Source of the DNA: an uncultured bacterium
Lineage (GTDB): Bacteria > Zhuqueibacterota > QNDG01 > DTFT01
Length of the DNA stretch: 64,000 nucleotides
Direction: 5' to 3'
Assembly (NCBI GenBank): GCA_963736115.1
Contig: CAVTNR010000005.1
Coordinates: 32,001-96,000, forward strand
The notes beneath the pieces were generated by a model. That model saw only the letters and a program-made list of their open reading frames with translations, was not told where the DNA came from and did not search any database. Shown in pieces: positions 60,494-64,000 of this stretch. The position numbers were made by a program, and so were the translations under genes. Numbering within the stretch: the first letter of the stretch is position 1; each line of letters begins with the position of its first letter.

Positions 60494-60700
60494 TCATTCA
60501 CGCACCGTGGTTTTCATGAAAGTCATCATCGGTCTTGCTGCCGCCAGCAATCCGACGGCCAGGTAGCAGAACCAGGGCAGGGCCGTCAGAACAGGCCACC
60601 ATTTGGCGGCAAGCAGGGTGACCGTAAAAACCGCTAACTTGGTCAACCCCAGGTCCGTTAAATCGGCTTGATACCGTTTCATTTTTTCCGCAATCATCAT
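60494..60700 (-). CDS. Small membrane protein
   Basis: GGAGG RBS; DLGLTKLAVF..LLAAKWWP.L..LPW.CY, two TM segments. Confidence 0.7.
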   Translation of the reverse strand: MMIAEKMKRYQADLTDLGLTKLAVFTVTLLAAKWWPVLTALPWFCYLAVGLLAAARPMMTFMKTTVRE

Positions 60701-60755
60701 CTTCCGCCTCCTTGGTTCCAGTCGTTCGGATGTCGCCGAATCAAGATGAATCGGA

Positions 60756-61613
60756 CTAATGCCCCCTCCCCATCTTCGACGCCTTCTCCCGTATGGCCGG
60801 AACCGCGTCTTCCATCATAAACCGGATATCCTCGAAACGGAAAGTGCGCTCCTCGAAGGACATGGTTTTGAGCGATTTCAGAAAACGCTCCTCGAATTCA
60901 TGAAAATTGGATCCGTAGATGTGGTAGCTGTCCGCCTGATGAACATAACGGCCGAGCCGCACGTCCTGCCCCGAAATTGCCGCTATCTTTTCTCCGATAA
61001 GCGCCTGGAGGCGGATCAAGGCGAACATGTTCATGAACGCGGCCTTGTACGCGTCATTCGACCTGAACCGGACGTTCATGTTCAGGATCCAGACGCCGTC
61101 CGGGTCTTTCAGCATGCGGCACCAGACGCTCTGCAGGCACGGCGGATCATCGCAGACATCGTCCTCCCAGACCTTCCAGGTGACGGCCTGGGCGCGTCTG
61201 GAATGCGGGGTCTTCGCGAGCTTCCCGGCAATGGCCGCGATCTGGTCGATCCCGTCTTCGCGGCCCGGGACGGTATAGCGGAACAAACGCTGGTGATAAG
61301 TGTATTCCCATCGGGTGTCCTCCGGGTCTGAGGCCTGCCGTACCAGGTGATCCTTGATGCCCTCAGTCACCTCGAGCACGTATTCCTGCAGATCCTCGAG
61401 CCCGCCCGGAAAGTCCTTGTGTATCATGGGCTCGGAAAGGGGATTCCGGACCACGACGGTCATGGTGCTGTCCTTGCTCGGCGGATCGCCGGGCTTGTCG
61501 TATTCGGTCTGGACATCGCATCCCTCCGCGTGCAGGCGGACAAGGGATTTCTCCCAGGCCTCGGCCAGGCCGTCGGCTTCGACGAACAGAACGGGTATGC
61601 TTCCCTGTGTCAT
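60756..61613 (-). CDS. thyA: Thymidylate synthase, archaeal-like/divergent ThyA
   Basis: YTYHQRL, SRRAQAVTW, PPCLQ, FRSNDAYKA.FMN, SYHIY. Confidence 0.8.
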   Translation of the reverse strand: MTQGSIPVLFVEADGLAEAWEKSLVRLHAEGCDVQTEYDKPGDPPSKDSTMTVVVRNPLSEPMIHKDFPGGLEDLQEYVLEVTEGIKDHLVRQASDPEDTRWEYTYHQRLFRYTVPGREDGIDQIAAIAGKLAKTPHSRRAQAVTWKVWEDDVCDDPPCLQSVWCRMLKDPDGVWILNMNVRFRSNDAYKAAFMNMFALIRLQALIGEKIAAISGQDVRLGRYVHQADSYHIYGSNFHEFEERFLKSLKTMSFEERTFRFEDIRFMMEDAVPAIREKASKMGRGH

Positions 61614-61655
61614 TCGTATTTCCTCCGCTCAGTGCTCTCGTCGGCACGACCGGTT

Positions 61656-62078
61656 CTACCTGTATTTCAACACAAGCGCTTCAACCCGTCGTTTTTCTTC
61701 CACGGAATTACTCACACTCTCATGCTCCCGCGTGACCGTGCCGCCGCGGTTCGTCTCTTCCGTGGTCTCCGTCCGATCGCGGGACGCATTCACCCCGGTC
61801 GTCACCTTGCCGAAGTCGAGGATCACCACCGCGTCCGCACCCTTTTCCGCGGCCTTTTTCAGGATTGCCTGCGTGAACTTATCCGTACTGTACATGAGTT
61901 CGTCCGCGTCCGCCGTCGCCTCCATCCGGCCGATGACACGGTATTCCTTTTCAACGTCGCTTTCGGAGAAGAAAAGATCGACATGCTGAGTCGGAGGAAA
62001 CGTGTCTCCCAAGTAACTGATGGACGCGCATCCGGACAGGAGAATCAGAAGGACTGGCATGAAAATCGCTCTTCTCAT
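61656..62078 (-). CDS. Hypothetical lipoprotein
   Basis: MRRAIFMPVLLILLSGC lipobox; YRVIG, KKAAEKGADAVVI. Confidence 0.8.
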   Translation of the reverse strand: MRRAIFMPVLLILLSGCASISYLGDTFPPTQHVDLFFSESDVEKEYRVIGRMEATADADELMYSTDKFTQAILKKAAEKGADAVVILDFGKVTTGVNASRDRTETTEETNRGGTVTREHESVSNSVEEKRRVEALVLKYR

Positions 62079-62217
62079 TGAACGGTCTCCTCGGTTGGTG
62101 ACAATTTTAATCGTAGTTGTTGAATGGAAGGAACACCGGTGCCCCAGTCCACAAAATACGCTTTTTGGATAAAATGTCAATCAATAAAACAGTCTCTGAT
62201 GCATGCCTTCCCTGTCG

Positions 62218-62661
62218 TCAGCCTTCGGATTGCCTCGGCCGTTCCCAATCTTCGATTCCCCCCGGCCGCACACGGAAAAGGGGATGGGGATCCGGTTTGT
62301 GGATTTTCCTCCATTTCCCGTAATCCGCCGGACTCCTTTGCGCGAGCTTGCGGAGCAAGTGTTCCCATTCATAATCCAACTGTCCCTGTGTGACCGTCAG
62401 AGAACGCGTTTTCCGAACAGGTCCTATTTTAGACCCATCGAAAGAATATCCCCTGGACATCGACTCCGCAAGAACGGCCCGGAGATACGCGGCGATGGCG
62501 GTGTTGGGACGCGCCTGCTCCTGGAACCGTTCCAGCTGGGGATGCCTGCGGTACCCGCGGGTCTCGCCTCTCAGCACGGCCTGGGCGAGCAGGGCCTCGC
62601 GCCAGAGCGCGACAAGACCTCGGCCGTCAAGGTATTTAGGGTGCAGGGACCAGAGACGCAT
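62218..62661 (-). CDS. Pyrimidine dimer DNA glycosylase / T4 endonuclease V-like protein
   Basis: MRLWSLHPKYLDGRGLVALWREALLAQAVL.G.T.GY..HPQLERF, YEWEHL. Confidence 0.9.
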   Translation of the reverse strand: MRLWSLHPKYLDGRGLVALWREALLAQAVLRGETRGYRRHPQLERFQEQARPNTAIAAYLRAVLAESMSRGYSFDGSKIGPVRKTRSLTVTQGQLDYEWEHLLRKLAQRSPADYGKWRKIHKPDPHPLFRVRPGGIEDWERPRQSEG

Positions 62662-63084
62662 TCACTGCCCGCGTCCGCGTGACCGTCCGGCCAACCTCCC
62701 TCGGGTTTTTAAAACCCGCGGGAGAGTCGAATCCGTTTTCAGCCGGTGTTCCCGTTTCTGTATCTCATCCGATAGAACGTACCACCGCTGAACCGTGTTT
62801 TCGAGGAATCGATAATGCAGAAGATAAGGGACAAGCAGAATCAGGAACAGCCCGTTCAGCAGAAGGACCGGAAGTCCGGGGCGCCACCACGCCCACACGA
62901 GTAGAACCAGGTAGAAACATGCGACGGTCAGTAGAACCAGCAAATGGACGAGCCGTTCGTGCTGCATGTCCCGGATCATCCGGTCATGCAATTCCTTCAG
63001 GCCGGCCCAATCCCGGACATCCCCTTTATCCAACAACTCCCGCACGCTGGCTTCGTGTTCTCGCATGTATCTTCGGATGTTCAT
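62662..63084 (-). CDS. Hypothetical membrane protein (2 TM)
   Basis: QHERLVHLLV...PYLLHYRFLENTVQRWY. Confidence 0.75.
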   Translation of the reverse strand: MNIRRYMREHEASVRELLDKGDVRDWAGLKELHDRMIRDMQHERLVHLLVLLTVACFYLVLLVWAWWRPGLPVLLLNGLFLILLVPYLLHYRFLENTVQRWYVLSDEIQKREHRLKTDSTLPRVLKTRGRLAGRSRGRGQ

Positions 63085-63145
63085 GGCGGAGGTCCTTTGA
63101 GATCGAGCTCTCAAGAGAGAGGTTGAACGTCGGTGATTTTCAGAG

Positions 63146-63257
63146 GCAGCCTGAAGCCCCGATGAACGGGATCAATTGATTGTAATCTTTCATTATTGAA
63201 GAGCTGCGGCTACCAATAGATTTAAACCCGGAACCCCAAACCCGGAACACGGAACCG
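63146..63257. repeat. REP half with the same internal cassette as 6741-6813, followed by GGAACCC heptamers
   Basis: GCAGCCTGAAGCCCCGATGAACGGGATCAAT-N18-ATTGAAGAGCTGCGGCTACC. Confidence 0.7.
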
Positions 63258-63265
63258 GATCCGTT

Positions 63266-64000
63266 TCACCAGCTCCCCGACGACCCTCCACCGCCCGAGG
63301 ATCCACCGCCGCCGGAAAAGCTCGATCCGCTCGAGGAGGATCCTCCCGAACTCCAGGAACTTGAAGACCGGCCGGAAGAGAGCCTGAATCCGCCGACTGT
63401 GGCGCGGCCCTTGGTGCTCAGATCCTTTGCGGCCTTTTTATACCAGTCCGTTCTGTTCAGAAACCATTTGGCTGTCGGAAATCCCGCCAGATAGATCATC
63501 AGAATCATCAGCGTTCCCTTGAAGCCGACCACCATGATCGGAAACGAGGCCCAGAACGGGATCAGAAAGAAGAAGAGAAACCATCCGACTCCCGGCGTGA
63601 TGATTCCGATAAAAGTGAAGAGCCCGATGATCCCGAAGATGAAGAACCCCATCAGAATACGCGGAATCAGCGGCAAGTCGGGGCCGCTGATGCCCGATCG
63701 GCCTCCCTCGTCCCGCGCTTCATCATCCAGCCCCTCCGGATTGCCTCCCCCCGATCACCGCCATCACCGCCCGGGCGCCTTCGGTGATGCCGCTGTCATA
63801 ATCGTTGTTCTTGAACCTGGGTGTCATGACGTTCCGGATGATACGGCCGGCCTTGCCGTCGTTCAGCGATCCCTCGAGCCCGTACCCGACCTCGATGCGC
63901 ATGCGCCTGTCCCGCGGCACGACCAGGATGAGAATCCCGTTGTCCTTGTCCTTTTCTCCGAGTTTCCATTCATTGAAAACCGCGGTCGCGTATTCCTCGA
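63266..64000 (-). CDS. TPM-domain (YgcG-like) protein, 5'-truncated by the window edge; frameshift at a G-run ~63750
   Basis: WKLGEKDKDNGILILV..DRRMRIEVGYGLEG.L.D; TM region; SFSGGGGSSGGGGSSGSW tail. Confidence 0.88.

Overview
High-GC bacterial chromosomal window, mostly housekeeping. The short RpoD/SigA-type sigma, fused CcsBA and DUF6057/TolB-like pair suggest an FCB-group organism such as KSB1/Calditrichota (inference). Content: six tRNAs (Glu, His, Leu, Cys, Gly, Asn); galK; LPS core genes (waaA, waaF-like); ApbE; an AmmeMemoRadiSam system; NfeD/slipin; GH30; comM; pit/DUF47; the HNH-trpS-scpA-scpB-rluB-cmk-plsC-ispH-rpsA-mtaB run; a his operon; an archaeal-like thyA; and UV-repair genes. 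Five genes carry single-base frameshifts, probably assembly indels. Most notable: (1) an unannotated His-rich leader peptide and attenuator whose ribosome-binding site abuts the CCA end of a tRNA-Asn that heads the his transcript; (2) a ~118-bp double-palindrome element present twice, once translated in-frame inside the GH30 gene; (3) an AmmeMemoRadiSam system with export signals, next to a TGAT-motif FMN-binding protein and ApbE; (4) a two-component system translationally coupled between hisA and hisF; (5) GTAG-type REP hairpins carrying a conserved cassette with a variable spacer, plus inverted heptamer arrays that supply stop codons. No CRISPR array, integrase, transposase or reverse transcriptase was seen. 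All calls come from manual motif recognition, with no database searches.
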